Both the position numbers and the translations under genes were made by a program. 20,000 bases of DNA from Hydrurus foetidus (Eukaryota), in the NCBI GenBank assembly GCA_900617105.1, contig UYFQ01000010.1:238009-258008 (forward strand), in the 5' to 3' direction. Positions within the stretch are counted from its first letter, which is position 1; each line of letters begins with the position of its first letter. The notes under the pieces are model-generated. The model did no database searches. It saw nothing but the letters and a program-made list of their open reading frames with translations, and was not told the DNA's origin. Shown here piece after piece: positions 6,972-14,312 of the stretch.

Positions 6972-8246
6972 ATGCATTTACCTCAGCTCAATGACCGTAT
7001 CGCGCACGCCGCACGCCGCCTGCCTGCCGACCCCGCCTTGCAAGCGCAATTCACAACCTGCGCCCTCAACACCATTGAAACCACGACCGAACGCCTGAAC
7101 GACGGCACGACCTTCGTGTTCACCGGTGACATCCCGGCGCTGTGGTTGCGCGACTCGTCCGCCCAGGTGCGGCACTATTTGCTGCTGGCGGCTGATGTGC
7201 CCGAGGTGCGAGACTTGGTGGCTGGTCTGATCCGTCGCCAGATGGACTGCATCCTGCTGGACCCCTATGCCAATGCCTTCAACAAAGGCCCCACGGGCGG
7301 CGGCCACTCTGGTGACCTGACCGACGCGCATCCCATGGTCTGGGAAAGAAAGTACGAAATCGACTCGCTGTGCTATCCGTTGGACCTGGCGTGGCAGTTC
7401 TGGAAACGCAGTGGTGTCACCACGGTGTTTGACGACACCTGGCGCAAAGCGGTGCGCACCGTGGCTGCTTTGTTCCGCACCGAGCAGCGACACTTTGAGG
7501 ATTCGCCTTACCGCTTTGAGCGCCCGCACGCGGTGCAGACCGACACCTTGCGCAACCACGGCAGGGGCATGCCCGTGAACTACACCGGCATGACCTGGTG
7601 CGGCTTTCGGCCCAGCGATGACGCCTGTGAATTCGGCTACCTGATTCCGGCCAATATGTTTGCCGTGGTGGCGCTGCGGCACACGGCGGAAATCTTGCGC
7701 ACGGTGTGCAGTGACGTAGCACTGGCCACAGACCTGGAGAGCCTGGCCGAAGAAATCGATCATGGCATTCAGGCTTATGGCACGGTGTTGCACCCGGTGC
7801 ACGGCAAGATCTACGCGTATGAGACCGATGGCTTTGGCAACCACAACCTGATGGACGACGCCAATGTGCCCAGCCTGTTGTCCATTCCCTACCTGGGGTA
7901 CGCGCCGGCCGATGACCCGGTGGTGCAGAACACCCGCCGCTTTGTGCTTAGCCGCGACAACCCCTATTTTCAGCAAGGCAGCCGTGCCCAAGGCATTGGC
8001 AGCCCACATACGCCACCGGGCTACGTCTGGCCCATTGGCCTGGCCATGCAGGGGTTGACATCGTCCGACCACCAGGAGCGTCTGGCCCTGATCGCCATGC
8101 TGCGCGACTGCGATGCCGGCACCGGCCTAATGCACGAGAGCTTCCACCCCGACCGCCCCGAAGAATTCACCCGCCCCTGGTTTGCCTGGGCCAATACGCT
8201 GTTTGCGGAGTTGCTGATTGAAACCTATGGGTTGGCAGTGAAGTGA
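6972..8246 (+). CDS. Glycoside hydrolase family 125 (exo-alpha-1,6-mannosidase-like)
   Basis: TGDIPALWLRDS, DPYANAF, WERKYEIDSL, FRPSDD, MDDANVPSLL, HESF, FTRPWFAWAN. ATG 6972 preferred over TTG 6930. No signal peptide. Confidence 0.92.
   Translation: MHLPQLNDRIAHAARRLPADPALQAQFTTCALNTIETTTERLNDGTTFVFTGDIPALWLRDSSAQVRHYLLLAADVPEVRDLVAGLIRRQMDCILLDPYANAFNKGPTGGGHSGDLTDAHPMVWERKYEIDSLCYPLDLAWQFWKRSGVTTVFDDTWRKAVRTVAALFRTEQRHFEDSPYRFERPHAVQTDTLRNHGRGMPVNYTGMTWCGFRPSDDACEFGYLIPANMFAVVALRHTAEILRTVCSDVALATDLESLAEEIDHGIQAYGTVLHPVHGKIYAYETDGFGNHNLMDDANVPSLLSIPYLGYAPADDPVVQNTRRFVLSRDNPYFQQGSRAQGIGSPHTPPGYVWPIGLAMQGLTSSDHQERLALIAMLRDCDAGTGLMHESFHPDRPEEFTRPWFAWANTLFAELLIETYGLAVK
7596..8233 (+). repeat. 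638-bp direct repeat, copy 2 (inside the intact GH125 gene)
   Basis: Matches 5071-5708. Confidence 0.95.
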
Positions 8247-8339
8247 TGCCATAGCGTCCTCCATGCTGGAAATGGAAAATGGGAAATGGGCTGTGTAAAA
8301 ACCGCGTAAACGCTACGATTCGGCTTTATTTAGAATGCA

Positions 8340-8366
8340 TTTAGATATATCATAACGGCATCTAAA
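8340..8366. promoter_or_regulatory. Putative PadR/YqjI-type operator
   Basis: AT-rich TTAGATATATCATAA with a perfect GATATATC core (8344-8351), plus a TTTAGAT...ATCTAAA inverted repeat, 15-40 nt upstream of the padR start. Confidence 0.55.
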
Positions 8367-8380
8367 CAAGAAAAGTAACC

Positions 8381-8926
8381 ATGCGACACCACCACCCACA
8401 CTTCAATGTCCACATGCGTTCTGGCGAGCATGGCGACGGCATTGGCGGCGGGCGCGGGGGGCGTGTCTTCAGCCACGGCGGCCTGCGCTTTGTGCTGCTG
8501 CAGCTGATCAGCGAGAAACCCAGCCACGGCTACGAGCTGATCAAGCTGATCGAAGACCGCCTCGGCGGCAGCTACAGCCCCAGCCCGGGCACGGTCTACC
8601 CCACGCTCACGCTGCTGGAAGAGCAGGGCTACCTGCAAGGCGAAAGCGCAGACGCCGGCGGCCGCAAAAGCTACGCCATCACCGATGTGGGCAAGGCCTT
8701 TCTAGAAGAGAACCGCGCGCTGACCGACGCCATGCTGGCACGTCTGAACGGTGGGGTGGACGGCGCGGGTGTCCGGGGTGGCCGGCCGCCGCAGGTGATG
8801 CGCGCGATTGAAAACCTGAAGCTGGCCATGCGCATGCGCCTGTCTCGCGAAGCGCTGACGCCCGACCAAGCCAACGCCTTTGCAGCAGTGCTGGATCACG
8901 CGGCCCAACAGCTGGAGAAAATCTGA
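8381..8926 (+). CDS. PadR-family regulator, YqjI-like, with His-rich N-terminus
   Basis: HGGLRFVLLQLI..PSHGYELIK.IE..GGSYSPSPGTVYPTLTLLEEQG..RKSYAIT; begins MRHHHPH. Confidence 0.9.
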   Translation: MRHHHPHFNVHMRSGEHGDGIGGGRGGRVFSHGGLRFVLLQLISEKPSHGYELIKLIEDRLGGSYSPSPGTVYPTLTLLEEQGYLQGESADAGGRKSYAITDVGKAFLEENRALTDAMLARLNGGVDGAGVRGGRPPQVMRAIENLKLAMRMRLSREALTPDQANAFAAVLDHAAQQLEKI

Positions 8927-9735
8927 TGTCGGCCGAACTGACGCCCCAGCGCGTGCGCCACCCTCTGCGTTTTCGCCAGTTGCAGGTCAGCCTGGTAGAG
9001 CGCCTGACGCCGCACCTGGTGCGCGTGACTCTGGCAGGCGATGACCTCGAAGGCTTTGTGAGCATGGGCTTTGACGACCACGTCAAACTCTTTTTCCCCG
9101 ACCCCGAGACCGGTGTGTTGGCAGTGCCCACCGCCGGTGCCGAGGGCCCGGTGTGGGCCGAGGGCACGCGCCCGACCATGCGCGACTACACACCGCACCA
9201 CTTTGACCCCGTGGCGCGCACGCTGCAGATTGACTTTGCGCTACACCAGCCCGGCGGCCCGGCCACCGAATGGGCGGCACAGGCCCAGGTCGGCCAGACA
9301 CTGGGCGTGGGTGGCCCGCGCGGTTCGCTCATCGTGCCCACGGGGTTTGACTGGCATTTGCTGATGGGCGACGAAACCGCCTTGCCCGCCATTGCCCGGC
9401 GGTTGGCTGAGCTGCCGGCCGGTGCGCGTGCCGAAGTGCTGATCGAAGTGGATGGCCCGGCCGACCACATCGCGCTGCCCAGCGACGCTACTTTGAGTGT
9501 GCAGTGGGTACACCGCAGTAGCGCAGGCGCGGATGCGCTGCCCTTGCTGGACGCACTGCGCCGCACCGCCATGCCGGCCGGTGTGTTCCATTCGTGGATT
9601 GGTTGCGAATCCACCCAGGCCAAGGCCCTGCGCGCCTACTTGACCACCGAGTGCATGGCCAACCCGCAATGGATACGTGCCTCCAGCTACTGGCGTAAGG
9701 GCAGTGCAGACGCGCACGAGTCGCTAGACAAGTGA
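8926..9735 (+). CDS. Siderophore-interacting protein / ferric reductase (YqjH/ViuB-like)
   Basis: GFDDHVKLFFP, MRDYTP, IDFALH, GPA..WA, GPRGS, GDETALPAIAR, YWRKG. TGATG overlap with padR. Confidence 0.92.
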   Translation: MSAELTPQRVRHPLRFRQLQVSLVERLTPHLVRVTLAGDDLEGFVSMGFDDHVKLFFPDPETGVLAVPTAGAEGPVWAEGTRPTMRDYTPHHFDPVARTLQIDFALHQPGGPATEWAAQAQVGQTLGVGGPRGSLIVPTGFDWHLLMGDETALPAIARRLAELPAGARAEVLIEVDGPADHIALPSDATLSVQWVHRSSAGADALPLLDALRRTAMPAGVFHSWIGCESTQAKALRAYLTTECMANPQWIRASSYWRKGSADAHESLDK

Positions 9736-9754
9736 GTCGTGAAGTCCCTTGGTT

Positions 9755-9797
9755 TGCTATAAATTCAGTAGCTGCTCGCGCAGGTTCTGCGGGGGCT
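9755..9797 (+). repeat. 43-bp intergenic REP/MITE-like repeat, copy 2
   Basis: TGCTATAAATTCAGTAGCTGCTCGCGCAGGTTCTGCGGGGGCT, between convergent genes and overlapping the ADH stop codon. Confidence 0.85.
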
Positions 9798-10836
9798 AGA
9801 ACTCCGTAATCACGGTAACGCCGGTGCCACTGAATTGGTCCATTTGCATCAGTGCGGGGATGGACTGTTCCAGTGTGATGGTCTGGCCGATGAGTTTTTC
9901 AGGGGCCAGTTGCCCGGTCTTCAGCATGTTCATCATGGCGCCATAGCGGTGGGCCTGCATGCCGTGGCTACCCAGAATCTCCAGCTCGTGGGCGATGACC
10001 TTGCTCATGGGAATGGCGGGCGTGCTGTGGTCGGCTAGCATGAGCCCAACCTGGATGTGCTTGCCGCGCTTGCGCAGGCTGCTGATGGAGTTGAAGCAGG
10101 TGGTGGGGTGGCCCAGCGCGTCCAGCGACACATGGGCGCCGCCCTGGGTGATCTCGGTAACGGCTTCCACCACGTTGGCTACTTGCGTAGCGTTGACCGT
10201 GGCCACCGCGCCTACCGTCCGGGCCAGCGCCAGCTTGTCGTCGGCAATGTCGATGGCCACTACGTTTGCGCCCACAGCCCTGGCGATCATGATGGCCGAC
10301 AAGCCCACGCCGCCACAGCCGTGCACGGCCACCCATTGCCCGGCTGATACCTTGCCCTGATCCACGATAGCGCGGAATGAGGTGACAAACCGGCAGCCCA
10401 GGCTGGCGGCCGTGGCAAAGTCCAGTGTGTCGGGCAGGCGCACCAGGTTGATGTCCGCCTTGTGGATGGAGACGTATTGCGCAAAAGAACCCCAGTGCGT
10501 GAAGCCGGGCTGAAACTGCTGGTCGCAGACCTGGTGGTTGCCAGAGTGGCATTCCGGGCAGGCGCCACAGCCGCCCACAAATGGCACCGTCACCCGGTCC
10601 CCCGTCTTCCAGCGCGTCACATCTTTGCCCACCGCTTCCACAATGCCGGCCAGTTCGTGGCCAGGTACGTGGGGCAGCACGATGTCGGTGTCGTGCCCCA
10701 CCCAACCGTGCCAATCGCTGCGGCACACGCCGGTCGCCATCACCTTGACGACAACGCCATGCGGCTCGGGCGTGGGGTCTGGCACCTGTTTCAGTTGGGG
10801 CGGGGCGGAAAAGGCTTCGTAGACGACCGCTCTCAT
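9796..10836 (-). CDS. Zn-dependent alcohol dehydrogenase (MDR family)
   Basis: [12 protein letters not shown], structural-Zn CGACPEC..NHQVC, Rossmann GCGGVG. ATG 10836 follows an AAGGA RBS (346 aa). Confidence 0.92.
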   Translation of the reverse strand: MRAVVYEAFSAPPQLKQVPDPTPEPHGVVVKVMATGVCRSDWHGWVGHDTDIVLPHVPGHELAGIVEAVGKDVTRWKTGDRVTVPFVGGCGACPECHSGNHQVCDQQFQPGFTHWGSFAQYVSIHKADINLVRLPDTLDFATAASLGCRFVTSFRAIVDQGKVSAGQWVAVHGCGGVGLSAIMIARAVGANVVAIDIADDKLALARTVGAVATVNATQVANVVEAVTEITQGGAHVSLDALGHPTTCFNSISSLRKRGKHIQVGLMLADHSTPAIPMSKVIAHELEILGSHGMQAHRYGAMMNMLKTGQLAPEKLIGQTITLEQSIPALMQMDQFSGTGVTVITEF

Positions 10837-10879
10837 GGGAGTTCCTTGGTATATCGGTTGGTGTGAAACTGATTGCCGG

Positions 10880-11602
10880 CTAGTCTTCCACCGCCACCAG
10901 TTCAAACTTGATGGTGAGAGTGTCCACCACCAGCAGGGCGCCCAGCGCAATGCTCAGCGGGGTGATGCCAAAGTCGGATTGCTTGATCTCGAACGCGCCA
11001 CGCACGCGCAAGCCCGCCGCTGTGGTCTGCAGCGTGACGGGCACCGTGACTTGACGGGTTTGGTCCTTGATGCGCAGGGCGGCGATGACTTGGGGCGTCT
11101 GGGCATCGCCCTGCACATGGATCGACGTGATGCGGATATTTGGGTAGCGCGCGCCGTCCAGCAGTGTGTCGCGCAGCATGTTGGCCTTGGTGCCCAGTTT
11201 CGCGTCGTCTGACACGTTTTGTGCAAAGTCCTCGCCTTCCGCAGCGCGTGTAGCGTTGTCGTCCACCACCAGGTCGTTCACCGGCACGGTGATGTCGAAG
11301 CCGGCGCTTTCCAGAGATGACCCTTGCCATACGCTGCCCTGCAGGCTGCGCGAACTCACTACGTGGTTGTGGCCCAGCCTGGCCATGGCGCCACCACGGT
11401 AGACCAGGATGTGCAGCATCGACGCTGCAGGGTCGATGCGGTAGACCTTGGCCAACAGTGAGGCTGGCGTGGCAGATGGCGACACCAGCGGTGGGTTTGT
11501 CTGTAACGCAGGATCAACCGGCGGTACCGATGTGCAAGACACCAGCATCGCCCAGCCCGAAAGCAGTGCTGCGGCGCGAGTGATGGGGCGTAGTGGAAGC
11601 AT
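10880..11602 (-). CDS. YceI-family lipid/polyisoprenoid-binding protein, probable lipoprotein
   Basis: Lipobox-like [49 protein letters not shown]. Confidence 0.8.
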   Translation of the reverse strand: MLPLRPITRAAALLSGWAMLVSCTSVPPVDPALQTNPPLVSPSATPASLLAKVYRIDPAASMLHILVYRGGAMARLGHNHVVSSRSLQGSVWQGSSLESAGFDITVPVNDLVVDDNATRAAEGEDFAQNVSDDAKLGTKANMLRDTLLDGARYPNIRITSIHVQGDAQTPQVIAALRIKDQTRQVTVPVTLQTTAAGLRVRGAFEIKQSDFGITPLSIALGALLVVDTLTIKFELVAVED

Positions 11603-11609
11603 CCTGCGA

Positions 11610-12578
11610 CTATAAGTCCAGCACCAATCGCGCGCTGGATGCACGTGAGCAGCAGGGCAGAAACTGGTCGTTCGCCGCCTGTTCTTCGGGCATCAAGTAC
11701 TGGTCGCGGTGGTCCGGCGTGCCGGCCTTCACGCGGGTCAGGCAGGTGCCGCACACGCCTTGCTCGCACGACATCGGAATATCCACGCCCGCGGCGTGCA
11801 GCGCCTCCAGCGCACTCTGGTCGGGCAGCACCTTGATGACCTTGCCGGTGCTCGCAATCTCCAGCTCGAAGCTGCCGTCGTTCGTGTGGTCCACCGGCGC
11901 GGCGCCGAAGTATTCGCGGTGCAGGCGGCCTTCGGGCCAGCCGGCGGCGCGGCCGGCGTTCAGCACCGCGTCCATAAACCCTTGCGGACCACACACATAG
12001 AGGTGCGTGCCCGTCGGCGCGCGCTGCAGCGTGGTGGCAATGTCCAGCTTCTGCGTGGCATCGCCATCGTCAAAGTGGTGTTGCACTTTGTCGGCGTAGG
12101 GCGCGGTGGCCAGGCGATCCACAAAGGCCGTGCGTGCGCGGCTGCGGTTGCAGTGGTGCAGGGCGAAGGATTGGCTGGTGCTGGCGAGGTGCTCCGCCAT
12201 GGCCAGCATGGGTGTGATGCCAATGCCACCGGCCAGCAGCAGGTGGTGCGGCGCCTGCTCTGCCAGGGGGAACAGGTTGCGCGGCGCGCTGATGGTCAAC
12301 ACGCTGCCTTCGCTCACTGTGTCATGCACGTTGGCCGAGCCCCCGCGCGACGCGGCATCGCGCAGCACGCCAATCACATAGCGCGGGGTTTCGCCCGGCG
12401 CATTGCACAGCGAGTACTGGCGCTGCAGGCCGTTGGGCAGGTGCACGTCAATGTGCGCTCCGGCGGCAAAGGCGGGCAGGGCGCCGCCGTCTGCGGCGAC
12501 CAGCTCCAGGATGCAAATGTCTTGCGCCTCGGCGCGCTTGTGCGCTACGCGCACCTGCAGGGTTGTGGCGGTGCTCAT
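11610..12578 (-). CDS. vanB: PDR/VanB-family oxidoreductase (FMN, NAD, [2Fe-2S])
   Basis: GAHIDVHL, RQYSL, SRGGS, AGGIGITP, YVCGPQGFM, SCEQGVCGTC...PCC. ATGA overlap with the upstream oxygenase. Confidence 0.88.
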   Translation of the reverse strand: MSTATTLQVRVAHKRAEAQDICILELVAADGGALPAFAAGAHIDVHLPNGLQRQYSLCNAPGETPRYVIGVLRDAASRGGSANVHDTVSEGSVLTISAPRNLFPLAEQAPHHLLLAGGIGITPMLAMAEHLASTSQSFALHHCNRSRARTAFVDRLATAPYADKVQHHFDDGDATQKLDIATTLQRAPTGTHLYVCGPQGFMDAVLNAGRAAGWPEGRLHREYFGAAPVDHTNDGSFELEIASTGKVIKVLPDQSALEALHAAGVDIPMSCEQGVCGTCLTRVKAGTPDHRDQYLMPEEQAANDQFLPCCSRASSARLVLDL

Positions 12579-13615
12579 GCGATGACCGCGTTTTCGGCAT
12601 CGATGAAGCGATCAATCACCTTGCGCGACTGCACGCCGCCGGTGTCGATGTTGAGCATCAACAGCTTGCGATGGGGGTTGGCCAGCAGGTTCTTCTGCTG
12701 GCGCTCCAGCATTTCCTGGTCTTCGCCAAAAATCTTGCCCTGGCCTGCGCGGATCTGCGCCGTCAGCTCGGCATCTTGCGGCTTGAACTTGCGCGCCATG
12801 CCCCAGAAGTAGTGGATGCTGGTGTCCGTCTCGGGGGTAATGAAGTCCACCACCCAGCTGGCGGCCTTGAAGTCGTCGGGCGCGTGGTAGCCGCCGTGGC
12901 CCTGCAGCGCCACGCCCACCTCGATCATGATGTGGCTGGGCGGCGTGAAGTGGCAGATCTGCCAGCGGTCCACCGGCTGGTCGTCGGGCAGGCCGTTCAT
13001 GCACAGCGCCATCTTCCAGAAGGGCGGCGCCTCTATGCCTTCCATGAAGCGCTCGGTGATCACATGGTCGCCGTCCACGCGGGTCTGGCAGGGCATTTCG
13101 TCAATTTCCTTTTGACCGATGCTGGTGCTATGCACATACGTCTCATGCGTCAGGTCCATCAGGTTGTCGACCATCAGCCGGTAGTCGCAAGCAATGTGGT
13201 AGAGCCCGCCTCCGTAGCCAAACAGTGGGTTACCCAGCCATTCAAATTTCGGCAGCAAGGCCACATCAGCCTTGGACGCGTCGCCGGGCCACACCCAGAC
13301 AAAGCCATGCCCCTCGTGGATGGGAAAGCTGCGGATGGCCGGAAAGCCGCGCGTGCGCTGGCAGGGCATGGACACGGTTTTGCCATCGCACCCCATGGCC
13401 AGGCCGTGGTAGCCGCAGACCAGGGTGTCGCCTTCTACTTTGCCCAGTGAAAGTGGTGCGCCCCGGTGCGGGCAGAAGTCTTCCACCGCAGCCACTACGC
13501 CCGCGCTGTTGCGAAACAAGGCTAGAGGCTCATTGCAAACGCGGCGGCCCAGTGGCCGGTCACTGGGGATTTCTTCACTGCGGGCGGCAACGTACCAAGT
13601 GTTGATGGGGAACAT
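12575..13615 (-). CDS. vanA: Rieske non-heme iron oxygenase, vanillate O-demethylase VanA-like
   Basis: MFP.NTWYVA start after AAGGAG; Rieske CPHR...CGYHG; DNLMDLTHETYVH; PVDRWQIC.F.PPS; FITPET...YFWG; IF.ED.EMLERQQ. Confidence 0.85.
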   Translation of the reverse strand: MFPINTWYVAARSEEIPSDRPLGRRVCNEPLALFRNSAGVVAAVEDFCPHRGAPLSLGKVEGDTLVCGYHGLAMGCDGKTVSMPCQRTRGFPAIRSFPIHEGHGFVWVWPGDASKADVALLPKFEWLGNPLFGYGGGLYHIACDYRLMVDNLMDLTHETYVHSTSIGQKEIDEMPCQTRVDGDHVITERFMEGIEAPPFWKMALCMNGLPDDQPVDRWQICHFTPPSHIMIEVGVALQGHGGYHAPDDFKAASWVVDFITPETDTSIHYFWGMARKFKPQDAELTAQIRAGQGKIFGEDQEMLERQQKNLLANPHRKLLMLNIDTGGVQSRKVIDRFIDAENAVIA

Positions 13616-13646
13616 GGCGTATCTCCTTGGGGTGGTCAATTCTTCA

Positions 13647-13660
13647 TTCAGTATGCTGAA
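13647..13660. promoter_or_regulatory. Putative MarR operator upstream of vanA
   Basis: Near-palindrome TTCAGTATGCTGAA about 30-45 nt upstream of the vanA ATG, next to a MarR gene. Confidence 0.55.
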
Positions 13661-13732
13661 CGTGATGAATCATAGACCCAAGTCAATTTCAAGGCTAGTG
13701 GTCGGTAATGAGGGTTTTCCCTCAGTTTTCCC

Positions 13733-14224
13733 TCAATCAGCCGCGTCTTCAGGCGTGTCAGTGGCGGGGGTGTTCAGGTGCACAAACTTGCGCAGCAGGC
13801 GCAAAAACTCGTCCCGCTCGGCGGGCTCCAGCGCCTCCAGCAGCTGCGCGTACATGGGGGCGACGCGCGGCAGCATGTCGGCCAACACCGCTTCGCCCTC
13901 GGGCGTGAGGCGCAGCGCGCGCTGGCGCCGCGGCAGCAGCTCGCGCACGATCCAGCCCTTGGCGTCCAGCCGCGTGGCAATGTCTGCGGTGGTGGAGGTG
14001 TCCAGCGCCACCCGCTCGGCCAGCGTCACCTGGTCGATGCCCGGAGTGTCCTGCAGCGCCCTGAGAACAGCGTACTGCACCGGAGTGATCTGCTTGCCAT
14101 GCGTTTTGGCAAACGTGCCCACTGCCAGCTGGTGCGCCCGGCGGATCAGGTGGCCGGGCTCGGCCTGCAGGGGGATGTTGGCGTCAGCTGCGGGGCTGGT
14201 AGGGACGGAGGACTGAGTGGACAT
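13733..14224 (-). CDS. MarR-family transcriptional regulator
   Basis: PGHLIRRAHQ, ITPVQYAVL, PGIDQVTLAERVALDTST, RL..KGWI.R, LRLTPEG. Confidence 0.92.
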   Translation of the reverse strand: MSTQSSVPTSPAADANIPLQAEPGHLIRRAHQLAVGTFAKTHGKQITPVQYAVLRALQDTPGIDQVTLAERVALDTSTTADIATRLDAKGWIVRELLPRRQRALRLTPEGEAVLADMLPRVAPMYAQLLEALEPAERDEFLRLLRKFVHLNTPATDTPEDAAD

Positions 14225-14243
14225 CGTAGAAAAGATCTGAGAA

Positions 14244-14286
14244 TGCTATGAATTCAGGAGCTGCTAGCGCAATATCTATGGGGGCT
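14244..14286 (+). repeat. 43-bp intergenic REP/MITE-like repeat, copy 3
   Basis: TGCTATGAATTCAGGAGCTGCTAGCGCAATATCTATGGGGGCT, followed by an AT-rich tail like that of copy 1. Confidence 0.85.
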
Positions 14287-14312
14287 AGCGGCCTATTTTA
14301 TGCATAAATGGC

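Noticed and set aside
5754..8072. Long minus-strand ORFs (407 aa and 364 aa)
   Set aside because: Antisense to the well-supported rsmH and GH125 genes; no independent motifs.
8269..8289. (G/A)AAATGG x3 short tandem repeat
   Set aside because: Too short and degenerate to support a function.
5744..14286. 43-bp repeats as a CRISPR array or integron attC sites
   Set aside because: Copies are about 4-4.5 kb apart with several genes between them; there is no cas gene or integrase and no GTTRRRY/RYYYAAC ends.
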